This document shows, piece by piece, positions 1 to 9,312 of a stretch of DNA of 64,000 nt (within the stretch, counting starts at the first letter, position 1; each line of letters starts with the position of its first letter). The stretch covers positions 1,502 through 65,501 of the forward strand of contig JBAYJB010000003.1 of the NCBI GenBank assembly GCA_041665325.1, given 5' to 3'. The DNA comes from Minisyncoccota bacterium (GTDB lineage Bacteria > Patescibacteriota > Minisyncoccia > Phycocordibacterales > PALSA-1337). A model generated the notes under the pieces. That model searched no databases. It saw nothing but the letters and a program-made list of their open reading frames with translations, and was not told the origin of the DNA. The translations under genes and the position numbers were made by a program.

Positions 1-3000
1 GATGAAGCCAGCGAAGGTCGAGGTACCCGTCCCCGAGACTTGGAGAGTGCCTGTCGTCGTGGCGCCGCCGGAGATGGTCAGACCGCCGGCTTGCGTCCCA
101 TCACCGATAGTAGAGGAAGCGTTGACCATGATACCGATCGTCGTCGTCGGAGCCAGGGCGCCGGAGGCATCGATCTCCCATGACTTACCGAACAACGATG
201 ATGGCGCTACATAGTCAGTGCCGGCGATAGCGGCAGAGAGTACGCCAGCGGTAGATTTGACCAACCCACCGGAAAGGCCGCTCAAGGTGACTGTACCGGT
301 GGCAGTCAAGCCGGCAAGAGACAGATCTCCAGAGAACAGTGCGTTGCCCTGGACGGAAAACTTGGAGAATGGCGAGGTTGTGCCGAGGCCTAAGTTACCG
401 ATTGAATTGATGACCGCGAGCGTGCTCGAGGCCGATGAGACCACTTGGAAGATATTCTCCGGTGTCGAGGAGGCCCAGATCGTCAATGTGGCATAAGGTG
501 TAGAAGTGCCGATGGCTACCCTCCTGGCCTTGGTCGAACCGACGCCGTCGGACTCCGAGTACAGAGTGAGGAGCGGCACTCCGCCGATCTGCGCCGCGTA
601 GCTCTCGACTGTGCCGGCCGGAGCGGCCGAAGTCACCGGCAGATCTACCCACGAGACATTACCGGCATTGGTCTCGAAGTTGAAGTTGCCGGTCAAGAGG
701 TTGCTGATCGAAGTGACGCCGGAAGTGTAATTCTCGAATGATCCATTCGTAAACGAGACTCCACCGGCAAAGGTAGAGGTGGCTGTAGTAGAGGTGGCGA
801 AGTATTTGTCAGCCACTACCCCGCTCGCACCGACGACAGAGAGAGCGGCGTAAGGCGTACTCGTCCCGATGCCAAGCCATCCCGTCGAAGTGAAGGTCGA
901 GGTGGCGGTAGCCCCGAAGTAGGCGGGACCGTAGACCGAGAGCATAGTAGAAGAGGCGCGGGCGAACTGCTGGAGGCCAGTCCAGATGTTGGCTGTGGCC
1001 AGGTTGAGGTCAACGGTGATGGTGCCGGAGCTAGTGATCGGCGAAGAGCCGATCGAGAGAGTGGAGTTTGTTGAGGAAAGACCGACGGAGGTGACTGTAC
1101 CTAGGTTGGTACCGACACAAGTGCCGTTGATTGCAAAACAGCCGCTCGCCAGGTTGATACCACCGGTAGACGAGAAGGTCGAGGTGGCGGTCGAGAAGTT
1201 GATGCCGTTGGTGTTGCCGATAGAAAGGAGTGAACCGGGGGTGGTGGTGCCGATGCCGATCGAGCCGGCGAAGTATCCGGTACCATTCTCGAGGAATGAA
1301 GCCAAGGTGGTGGAAGCAGAGTTGGTGATCTCGAAGAGTCTGTTCGAACCGGTTCCCGAACCCCAGATAGACATCCTGGAATATGGAGTAGTCGTACCGA
1401 TGCCGACTCGGCCACCAAGGAAGAGTGCCGAGACCGGATTCTGGTTGGAGGCCGTGGTAGAGGAGATGCCGGAGACGGTGAGTGCTCCGCCGATCATAGC
1501 GTTGGTTCCGACATTCAAGCCGTCGTGAACAAAGAGACCTTGGTTGAACTGGGCCAAGTTCCCTACTTGCAACGTGTCGATCCTGGCATTGCCGATGGCG
1601 ATATTGGAGATGTTACCTGCACCGACATCAACGATCTCGAGAGCGCCGACAAAAGAGCCGTCTAAGGTCGCTATATAAGCATAGTTGCCGGAGACGAAGA
1701 CTGATCGTGGGGTTGTCAGGACTGCTCCTCCTTCACCTGCCAAGATCTTGCCTTTGTGGACTGGGGCAGCCGGATTTGAGACATCGACGATCTCGAGAGC
1801 ATTGTTGCCTGAAGCGGTAACATACGCATAGTTGCCGGAGACGAAGACAGATGAGGGATTGCTTAGGTTGGCACCGCCTGAGCCATGGATGATCTTGCCT
1901 TTGTGGGCAGGGGCCGCGGGATTCGATATGTCGACGATCTCCAAGGCATTGCCGCCCTCAGAAGCGATATATGCATATTTGCCGGAAACGAAGACGGATG
2001 AGGGACTATTTATATCTGCACCGCCAGCTCCATCTAAGATCTGACCCGCATTGATAGGATTGGATGGATTGGATATGTCGATGATCCCAAGATAATCATC
2101 ACCGAATGGAGTAGCGGTAACATACGCATAGTTGCCGGAGACGAAGACTGAGGTGCCCGAACCACCGCCGCCAGCATCAAGAGAAGACCCTGCATGTCTA
2201 GGGTTTGCGGGGTCAGAAACATCGATGACGACCAGGACGCCGCCAGTTGCGATGACATAAGCATAGTTGCCGGAGACGAAGACGCCGTTTGCACCGCTGA
2301 TAGCAGGTACCTGTGTATCATTGATAGAGCCCTTATGAACAGGCTTCGCGGGATTGGAAACATCGACGATCTCAAGGCCTTGGTCTCCGAAGATAGTTCC
2401 GCGCGTGATATACGCATAGTTGCCGGAGACGAAGATGCCGCTCGGATAGTAGAGGACTGCGCCTCCGACACCATCGAGGAGCGAGCCTTTGTGTACCGGG
2501 TTCCTTGGGTCAGAGATATCGACAATCTCGAGGGCTCCTGCACCAGTGCCACCATAAACGGCTATATAAGCATAGTTGCCGGAGACGAAGACGCCCTTGC
2601 CTACATCGAGGTATGGTGCACTGCCGCCGCCATTCAGGAGCCTGCCGACATGGGTTGGATTGACTACGCCGCCGTCGAGAGTAAAGCCTGTGGATGAGGC
2701 GATGTAGAAGAATGGGGCGGCGCCAGCAGTCGACGAGGTGGCGATGGCTAAGTAAGGGTTGGTCTGCCCCGCTGTGCCGGCGATGGAGAGCTTGGCATAC
2801 GGCGTACTCGTCCCGATACCAAGCCAGCCAGCCGAAGTGAAGGTCGAAGTGGCGGTAGCGCCGAAGTAGGCCGGGCCGTAGACGGAGAGCTGGGTGGAGG
2901 AAGCATTCTTGAACTGCTGGAGACCAGTCCAGATGTTGGCTGTAGCTAGGTTGAGATCTACGGTGATGTTGCCGGAAGATGTGATCGGGGAGGAACCAAT

Positions 3001-6000
3001 CGTGAGGGTGGAATTGGTGGAAGCGAGACCGACGGATGTGACCGTACCTAGGTTGGTACCGACACAAGTGCCATTCACAGCAAAGCATCCCGATGCCAAG
3101 TTGATGCCGCCGGTAGACGAGAAGGTCGAGGTGGCTGTCGAGAAGTTGATGCCGTTGGTGTTGCCGACCGAGAGGAGCGAGCCGGGTGTGGTGGTGCCGA
3201 TGCCGACACTGCCGCCCAAAGTCGCTAGGTAAGCAGAACCTGTCGAAGTGAAAGCTGTGGAGGAAGCATATGTGAAGCTATTCAATCCCGTGAATGAGTT
3301 GTTATCAGCAAGCAGCGTCGAGGAGGCGGCCCCGGCGAGCGAGGTGAGGTATCCGGCATCATTCGTCCACTGCGAGATATTCGGTGTAGTGAAAAGTCCT
3401 GGGGAAAGCTTCTGATAGACGAGGGACGCACCGGTCGATTGGAGGACGGTTGAAGAAGCGCCTACTGCATTGAGACCGGTACCGCCATACAAGGGGTAAA
3501 TCGTGGAAGCGGCCGAAACTACCCCGTCCACGGCCTGCAAGGGACCGGTCAAGGCGGCTAGAGTGAGATTGGCTGTGGTGATTGTGCCAGCGAAGTATGC
3601 GTTCCCAGTCGTCGTCGCACCGCCATTGATCGTCAGACCGCCAGCTTGCGTACCATCACCAATAGTAGAGGAGGCATTGACCATGATGCCGATCGTCGTC
3701 GTCGGAGCCAGAGCGCCGAAGGCATTGATCTCCCATGATTTGCCAAATGAGCTTCCGCTTCCGGAACCGCAATTGACTCCGGTCGAAGTCAGGAATCCGC
3801 CGGCACCGAACTGGGCACAGCCGGCGGCGGCAGTCGAAAGACCAAATGAAGAAACTAAGAGATTTGGTAGCGACGAAGTAGCCGTACTGGTGGCAGTGAA
3901 GTATCCGGCCAGAGCATTCGTGCCGAGATCGCTATCGCCATAGACCGACAAGCTGCGCCATGGAGAGGTCGTGCCGAAGCCAACATTGCCGCTAAGATAT
4001 GATGTCTGGGTATTTGGATCGAACCAGAACTTGGCGGATGTCGTAGAGTTCGCTCCGATCGCCACGATATCGGTGCTGTTGTTCGGATAGTTGACGAACT
4101 GGCCGGCTACCGAGGAAGTGGTCGTAGACCAGGTGCCGCTCGAGCCACCGCCGGCACCACAAGGAGAACCCGATGAAGTGACGATGCCGGCCGAGGTCTG
4201 CAGACAACCATCGGTGAGTCCGGTGAATCTCACTGTACCTGTAGCTGTGAGACTGGCGAGTGCTAGGTTGCCGGAGAACAGAGCATCGCCTTGGATGGAG
4301 AGAAGGCGGGATGGTGAAGTGGTACCGATGCCTACTAGGCCGGTAGTCTTTATCCTGAGCTTTTCTGCACCAAAACCACCGGCAACTAAGATGGCGTCAC
4401 CACTATATGTTCCTATCTCTCCGCCTGAATTGCCAAGGTACGTGCCATTCGCAAAGACTGACGAGGCCGTTATATTGCCATTGACATCCAGCTTGGTTGT
4501 TGGATTCTTCCCTATCCCAACATTGCCTGCGAAGTATGCGTTCCCGGTCGTCGTCGCACCGCCATTGATAGTCAGTCCACCGGTCTGTGTGCCATCACCG
4601 ATAGTCGAAGACGCGTAAGCAGTCAGTCCCCCGTTGAATTGGGTAAGAGTAGATGTGGCGTTGCCGGTGAGACTAAATGGGTATGCGAATGTTGAAGTGA
4701 GATAACCCGCATCATTGGTCCACTGGGAAATGTTTGATGTCGTGAATAGTCCGGGCGAGAGCTTCTGATACACGAGTGATGTGCCGTTCGACTGGAGGAT
4801 GGTAGAAGAGGCGCCGATGCCTGTGAGGCCGGTACCGCCGTTGCCGATGCCGACCGTCCCGGACAAGTATGCTGTGGTATCAACTGACAATGCGCCGGTG
4901 CCACCGGAAGTCCGGACCAGACCGTTGGAAGTGAGGTTGGAGAGCGTGGAAATATTCTGGGAAGCGTTGACTGTGACATTGCCGCTGCTGTAAGTCAGTC
5001 CAGTACCATAAGTGGTAGTCGCGGTCCAGGTCGGAACGCCATTCAAGAAGGCGAGGATGTTGCCGGCCGTACCCGCCGTAGTCGTCGCGAGGGCGCCGCT
5101 GCCATTGCCATATAGTAGAGTGCCGGCGCTGATCGCAGACCAGCCCGTGCCGCCGTTCCCCACTCCCAGGATGCCGGCCAAGGTCAGTAAGCCGGAAGTC
5201 GTCACCGGCCCGCCAGAGAATGAGAGGCCGGTCGTGCCGCCGGAAGCATTGACGGAGGTGACCGTGCCATTGGTGCCGCCGATACAGACGCCGTTGATGG
5301 CGAAACATCCGCCGTAAGGGAGGTTGACCCCGGCTAGCGTGGAGGTCGCCGTCGTCGAAGCGCTCACAGCGGAGATGAACGAGGCGAAAGTCGAAGTGCC
5401 CAAATCGCCTACGATGCTAGTAGTAGCCGTCCCCCCCACGGAGATGCCGTTGTATGCCGAGAAAGAGGTCGAGGAAGCGGAGCGGAATTGCTGGAGGCCA
5501 GTCCAAATATTGGAATTGCCCAGGTTGAGGCCGGCTACGACCACGCCGGTGGTCGGAGAGATTGTCAGGGTGCCGTCTGGGTTAGCCGAGACCGACGATA
5601 CGGCTCCGCCGCCGGCGCTGTTCGTAATACAGTTGCCATCGACACCCCGGAAACATCCGCCGGAGAGCTGGATGCCGTTCGCGAAAGTCGAAGTGGCGTT
5701 GGTGGCGGTGATATTGAGCGCGCTGGCTTGGATGCCGGCGGCAAAAGTAGAAGTTGCAGTCGAGGTGGCGATGAGATAACCGATCGTGAGCGATGGTGTG
5801 CCGGTAGCGGCCAGACGCGTGCCATCGTATTGGAGGAGCGCGCCGGTGATGATGGAAGTCGTGTCCAAGCCGAGTGTGCCTGTGGTGGAGATGACGCCGC
5901 CTGTCAGTCCGTTGTTGGTGGCGATCGAGGTAACCGTACCGGATCCGGAGATGCCGAGCGAGCTCGTAGCCAGGAGATCGTAGGTGCCGGCACTGTTGCC

Positions 6001-7308
6001 CACGAGCAGTTTGCCGTAAGTCGGAGCCGAGGAGGTGCCGGTGCCGCCGTTGTCGAGATCGAGTATGCCGGAGAGCGTCAACGTGCCGGAGCTCGTCACC
6101 GGTCCGCCGGAGAATGAAAGGCCGGTCGTGCCGCCGGAAGCGTCGAGCGAAGTGACCGAACCAGAACCGCCTCCTCCTACACTCAATCCGCTGATCGCCT
6201 TGGAGATGCTCCAGCCGATGCTATCGCTCAAGGCGATGTTCTGCGTCATCTGCAGACGCTGGAAGATATTCAGCTGATTGGAGAGATCAGAGACTTGGTT
6301 CCGTAGGTCGTTGAGCTCGGCGCTCGATGCACCAGTGGCGCCGTTGGTGACGACGATGGTCTGCGGCGTCGTATTGCCGCCATATCCAAAGAATTGGTTG
6401 TAGACGGTCCGCGGGATAGACGGTGTCTCGTCGGGAGCCGAGACGATGACCGTCTGGCCTCCTGATAGATCGAGCCAGCGACGGACGGCATCCACCACGA
6501 CGACGCTGGTAGCTCTCCACCAATCTCCGATCGCAAACGGAACATCTGATATTGCCGCGGTATTGTCCTGAAGATTATCTCGCGTGATACTCTGCACGAT
6601 GTTCTGCGTGCGGTCTCTCATGCCAAGCGCACCACCGATCTCATGCCAGGTCAGTTGCGACATCGTCCGCGACAGCGCCGCGAAACTTTCGTCGGCCTTG
6701 AGGACGGCTGATGCTGTCGTCTCCACGACAGCGGCAACCGTTCCACGAATCTGATCAGAGTAAGAAGCGAATACCGAACCGGCACCGATCACTACGACGG
6801 CGGCTGTGACCGCCATCGCCGTACCTATCTTATGCTTCAGCGGAGATACGATCCTTCTCTGCACTCCAGGAACAAGAAGCTTTTCGGTAGCGGCCTTCTC
6901 GATCGTCGGGAGGAGCGGTCTGGCATCATCGCTATACTTCACTGCGGGCCCTCCATCCGGATAGCTGAAACTCCACACAATAGGAGGTATGGCTACCGGC
7001 GCTGCTGGAACTGACGGAACTTGATTTACAACAACAGCCGGAATCGCCTCTGCCGCAGGTTTCGCGCTTTCCGATGACTTTGTTGCAACACTCCTATTAT
7101 GACCATTTCGCGAATGGACTTTTTCCGCCCCATTCTTGTATGTGATCAAGGCATCCTGATCAACAAACCAAATGCGTCCTGTCATCTGTGCCGGCACCTT
7201 TCCACCACGACAGAGTTGCCCGATGTAATCGGCTGAATACTTGGTCATCTCGGAAGCTCGGGCAACCGAGATATACATTTTTCCATCTACGACGAGCTGT
7301 CCTTTCAT
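1..7308 (-). CDS. Giant membrane-anchored surface/fibre protein (at least 2436 aa, 3' end outside window): N-terminal excisionase/MerR-like HTH, TM helix, S/T/G-rich repeats, LVIVD repeat block
   Basis: Manual translation from ATG 7308 gives MKGQLVVDGKMYISVARASEMTKYSADYIGQLCRGGKVPAQMTGRIWFVD..., a TM segment IGTAMAVTAAVVVIGAG (~6778-6828), recurrent GIGTTSP/GIGTSTP motifs, and ...GGATTTGTLQVSGTGTSTFAGFI at position 1 in the same frame. The track lists no minus ORF in this frame, consistent with no stop before the edge. Confidence 0.9.
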   Translation of the reverse strand, partial: MKGQLVVDGKMYISVARASEMTKYSADYIGQLCRGGKVPAQMTGRIWFVDQDALITYKNGAEKVHSRNGHNRSVATKSSESAKPAAEAIPAVVVNQVPSVPAAPVAIPPIVWSFSYPDGGPAVKYSDDARPLLPTIEKAATEKLLVPGVQRRIVSPLKHKIGTAMAVTAAVVVIGAGSVFASYSDQIRGTVAAVVETTASAVLKADESFAALSRTMSQLTWHEIGGALGMRDRTQNIVQSITRDNLQDNTAAISDVPFAIGDWWRATSVVVVDAVRRWLDLSGGQTVIVSAPDETPSIPRTVYNQFFGYGGNTTPQTIVVTNGATGASSAELNDLRNQVSDLSNQLNIFQRLQMTQNIALSDSIGWSISKAISGLSVGGGGSGSVTSLDASGGTTGLSFSGGPVTSSGTLTLSGILDLDNGGTGTSSAPTYGKLLVGNSAGTYDLLATSSLGISGSGTVTSIATNNGLTGGVISTTGTLGLDTTSIITGALLQYDGTRLAATGTPSLTIGYLIATSTATSTFAAGIQASALNITATNATSTFANGIQLSGGCFRGVDGNCITNSAGGGAVSSVSANPDGTLTISPTTGVVVAGLNLGNSNIWTGLQQFRSASSTSFSAYNGISVGGTATTSIVGDLGTSTFASFISAVSASTTATSTLAGVNLPYGGCFAINGVCIGGTNGTVTSVNASGGTTGLSFSGGPVTTSGLLTLAGILGVGNGGTGWSAISAGTLLYGNGSGALATTTAGTAGNILAFLNGVPTWTATTTYGTGLTYSSGNVTVNASQNISTLSNLTSNGLVRTSGGTGALSVDTTAYLSGTVGIGNGGTGLTGIGASSTILQSNGTSLVYQKLSPGLFTTSNISQWTNDAGYLTSTFAYPFSLTGNATSTLTQFNGGLTAYASSTIGDGTQTGGLTINGGATTTGNAYFAGNVGIGKNPTTKLDVNGNITASSVFANGTYLGNSGGEIGTYSGDAILVAGGFGAEKLRIKTTGLVGIGTTSPSRLLSIQGDALFSGNLALASLTATGTVRFTGLTDGCLQTSAGIVTSSGSPCGAGGGSSGTWSTTTSSVAGQFVNYPNNSTDIVAIGANSTTSAKFWFDPNTQTSYLSGNVGFGTTSPWRSLSVYGDSDLGTNALAGYFTATSTATSSLPNLLVSSFGLSTAAAGCAQFGAGGFLTSTGVNCGSGSGSSFGKSWEINAFGALAPTTTIGIMVNASSTIGDGTQAGGLTINGGATTTGNAYFAGTITTANLTLAALTGPLQAVDGVVSAASTIYPLYGGTGLNAVGASSTVLQSTGASLVYQKLSPGLFTTPNISQWTNDAGYLTSLAGAASSTLLADNNSFTGLNSFTYASSTAFTSTGSAYLATLGGSVGIGTTTPGSLLSVGNTNGINFSTATSTFSSTGGINLASGCFAVNGTCVGTNLGTVTSVGLASTNSTLTIGSSPITSSGNITVDLNLATANIWTGLQQFKNASSTQLSVYGPAYFGATATSTFTSAGWLGIGTSTPYAKLSIAGTAGQTNPYLAIATSSTAGAAPFFYIASSTGFTLDGGVVNPTHVGRLLNGGGSAPYLDVGKGVFVSGNYAYIAVYGGTGAGALEIVDISDPRNPVHKGSLLDGVGGAVLYYPSGIFVSGNYAYITRGTIFGDQGLEIVDVSNPAKPVHKGSINDTQVPAISGANGVFVSGNYAYVIATGGVLVVIDVSDPANPRHAGSSLDAGGGGSGTSVFVSGNYAYVTATPFGDDYLGIIDISNPSNPINAGQILDGAGGADINSPSSVFVSGKYAYIASEGGNALEIVDISNPAAPAHKGKIIHGSGGANLSNPSSVFVSGNYAYVTASGNNALEIVDVSNPAAPVHKGKILAGEGGAVLTTPRSVFVSGNYAYIATLDGSFVGALEIVDVGAGNISNIAIGNARIDTLQVGNLAQFNQGLFVHDGLNVGTNAMIGGALTVSGISSTTASNQNPVSALFLGGRVGIGTTTPYSRMSIWGSGTGSNRLFEITNSASTTLASFLENGTGYFAGSIGIGTTTPGSLLSIGNTNGINFSTATSTFSSTGGINLASGCFAINGTCVGTNLGTVTSVGLSSTNSTLSIGSSPITSSGTITVDLNLATANIWTGLQQFARASSTMLSVYGPAYFGATATSTFTSTGWLGIGTSTPYAALSVVGASGVVADKYFATSTTATSTFAGGVSFTNGSFENYTSGVTSISNLLTGNFNFETNAGNVSWVDLPVTSAAPAGTVESYAAQIGGVPLLTLYSESDGVGSTKARRVAIGTSTPYATLTIWASSTPENIFQVVSSASSTLAVINSIGNLGLGTTSPFSKFSVQGNALFSGDLSLAGLTATGTVTLSGLSGGLVKSTAGVLSAAIAGTDYVAPSSLFGKSWEIDASGALAPTTTIGIMVNASSTIGDGTQAGGLTISGGATTTGTLQVSGTGTSTFAGFI
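852..3207. repeat. Intragenic ~410-bp direct duplication (about 852-1262 and 2798-3207)
   Basis: Both copies encode GIGTTTPGSLLS.GNTNGINFSTATSTFSSTGGINLASGCFA.NGTCVGTNLGTVTSVGL...WLGIGTSTPYA, with mostly synonymous differences. Confidence 0.85.
1625..2660 (-). repeat. Seven LVIVD-type repeats (probable beta-propeller) within the giant protein
   Basis: Seven copies of [VI]FVSG[NK]YAY...L[EVG][IV][VI]D[IV]S.P; DNA motif atagttgccggagacgaaga (one variant) near 1681, 1829, 1978, 2128, 2263, 2416 and 2572. Confidence 0.85.
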
Positions 7309-7344
7309 TAGTACAATTATAGCTCTCTGCTCTCCAAATCTCCT

Positions 7345-7353
7345 TGTGGATAA
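7345..7353. promoter_or_regulatory. Single perfect DnaA box (TTATCCACA on the minus strand)
   Basis: TGTGGATAA at 7345-7353, ~36 bp upstream of the giant gene start. Function unproven. Confidence 0.4.
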
Positions 7354-7444
7354 GCCCCATTACTGCAGATCATCGATCTCATGTATAATTAGGTCCATTG
7401 AGGGGGTTGAAAAATATTCACCCAAAAGAGCATCTCAGGTAAAC

Positions 7445-7463
7445 TTTGCGAAGGTTTTGCGAA
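7445..7463. promoter_or_regulatory. Tandem direct repeat TTTGCGAA x2 at 11-bp spacing, candidate operator
   Basis: TTTGCGAA at 7445-7452 and 7456-7463 in the divergent intergenic region. Confidence 0.35.
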
Positions 7464-7566
7464 AAGTTAATCCTTACAAAAAGCTACCTAACATTAGTCA
7501 ATAAATATCACTTCATATAATCTTTTATCAATGTTTAGTAATGATGTTTTAACCCAAATAACAACA

Positions 7567-7818
7567 ATGAACGACTCACCAAAACTCATAAGCATCAAGG
7601 AAGCCGCTAAGATGCTTGGCATCACCCCACTGACATTGAGGAATTGGGATAAGAATGGCAAATTGCCGGCTCTTCGCCACCCCATGAATAACTATCGCGT
7701 ATACAAGCGTGAAGACATTGATAGGCTTCTTGAGGTGATCAGTATGAATACGAAGCCAGTCGAAATGAGGAAAAGGAAAATTCAAAAGAAGCTGCAGGTC
7801 ATCCATCTGGATCAATAA
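7567..7818 (+). CDS. Small MerR/BldC-like helix-turn-helix DNA-binding protein
   Basis: KLISIKEAAKMLGITPLTLRNWDKNGKLPALRHPMNNYRVY matches the MerR-type HTH and wing. No effector domain. Alternative start at 7531. Confidence 0.88.
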   Translation: MNDSPKLISIKEAAKMLGITPLTLRNWDKNGKLPALRHPMNNYRVYKREDIDRLLEVISMNTKPVEMRKRKIQKKLQVIHLDQ

Positions 7819-7887
7819 TCGGCATCCGAGATGGGGCTTTAATATTGATTATCTCGGACGGAGGAGTTATCATTATAACTACGAGCC

Positions 7888-9312
7888 ATGACAAATAACG
7901 AGTACATAGCTACCATAGGTCTAGAGATCCACGCCGAATTAAAAACAGCCACAAAGATGTTCTGCGGCTGTAAGAATAACCCCGATGAAGAGAGGCCTAA
8001 CATCAATATCTGCCCTATTTGCCTAGGTCATCCAGGGACATTGCCGGTCTTGAACAAGGAGGCCATCAAACATGTGCTCAAAGTCGGCATCGCCCTCGAT
8101 GGGACATTGGCCGACTTCACCGAGTGGGACCGTAAGAATTACTTCTACCCTGACATCCCCAAGGGCTATCAGATCAGCCAATACAAATATCCACTAGTGA
8201 CTGACGGCAAGCTTGCCGGCGTCGCGCTCGAGCGCATCCACTTGGAGGAAGACACCGCGCAGTCCACGCACGATACGCACGACAAGAGTCTCATCAACTT
8301 CAACCGCTCCGGCGTACCGCTCATGGAGCTCGTGACCAAGCCGGTCATCCACGATGCCGTGACGGCCGTGACTTTCGCCAAGGAGCTGCAACTCCTCCTA
8401 CGCGCGCTCAGCGTCGGCGATGCCAACATGGAGAAGGGCGAGATGCGCGTCGAGGCCAACATCTCTGTTGCATCCCCCACTGACACTGCGGCCGGTAGAT
8501 TCGGCACGAAGACCGAGGTCAAGAATCTCAACTCATTCCGTTCGGTCGAACGCGCGATCGCCTACGAGCTCGACAGGCAGATGAGACTCCTCGAAGCCGG
8601 AGAGAAGGTCGTCCAGGAGACGCGTGGCTGGGATGACGCAAAGAGCGAGACATACTCGCAGAGGAGCAAAGAGAGTTCGCATGACTATCGCTATTTCCCC
8701 GAGCCGGATATCCCGAAGCTCAAGATCTCGGAGATCGCGGAATTTTCCGCGGCCGCTCTCAAGAAAGAAATTCCCGAACTCCCCTGGATCAAGCGCGACC
8801 GATTCAAAAAAGATTACGCCATGACCGACAAGGAGGCGGCGGTCTTCGTCGACTCCCCTGCCTTGGCGGATTACTTTACATCCATAATCAGTAGTTACAA
8901 AACAGACACTAAGAAGATAAAACTGACGATTAATTATTTACTGAACACTCCATTGAAGGAGATCGACACGAAGCCGATAGACATATCGTATGTCGTGGAG
9001 CTTGTCGGCATGGTTGATTCCGGAGAGATCTCTTCATCTGCCGCAAAGGATATAATCGCCATGCTCCATGAGCACCCGGGCAGATCTCCGAGGGAGATAG
9101 CTATAGGAAACAACCTCCTCCAACAGAACTCTGCCGCGGATCTCATTCCTGCCATCGAGAAAGTCCTCACAGACAATGCCGGTGTGGTCAGCGAATATAG
9201 AGGCGGCAAGACAGCTTCCCTGCAGTTCCTGATCGGTCAGGCCATGAAAGCGACAAAAGGGGCTGCGAACCCCGAGATAGTTAAAAAACTATTAGTCGAG
9301 AAGCTAGGCTAG
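7888..9312 (+). CDS. gatB: Asp-tRNA(Asn)/Glu-tRNA(Gln) amidotransferase subunit B
   Basis: IGLEIHAEL, RKNYFYPDIPKGYQISQ, RIHLEED, EVKNLNSF, DYRYFPEPD motifs. Confidence 0.98.
   Translation: MTNNEYIATIGLEIHAELKTATKMFCGCKNNPDEERPNINICPICLGHPGTLPVLNKEAIKHVLKVGIALDGTLADFTEWDRKNYFYPDIPKGYQISQYKYPLVTDGKLAGVALERIHLEEDTAQSTHDTHDKSLINFNRSGVPLMELVTKPVIHDAVTAVTFAKELQLLLRALSVGDANMEKGEMRVEANISVASPTDTAAGRFGTKTEVKNLNSFRSVERAIAYELDRQMRLLEAGEKVVQETRGWDDAKSETYSQRSKESSHDYRYFPEPDIPKLKISEIAEFSAAALKKEIPELPWIKRDRFKKDYAMTDKEAAVFVDSPALADYFTSIISSYKTDTKKIKLTINYLLNTPLKEIDTKPIDISYVVELVGMVDSGEISSSAAKDIIAMLHEHPGRSPREIAIGNNLLQQNSAADLIPAIEKVLTDNAGVVSEYRGGKTASLQFLIGQAMKATKGAANPEIVKKLLVEKLG

Noticed and set aside
1625-2660. 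Regularly spaced ~20-nt repeats resembling a CRISPR array
   Set aside because: The period is ~135-155 nt, the repeats are in frame and encode LVIVD units, and no cas genes are present.
2-6277. Many plus-strand Val/Pro-rich ORFs (e.g. 986-1528, 4091-4618)
   Set aside because: They are antisense shadows of the giant minus-strand gene.
7309-7566. Possible oriC
   Set aside because: Only one perfect DnaA box, and no dnaA/dnaN in the window.
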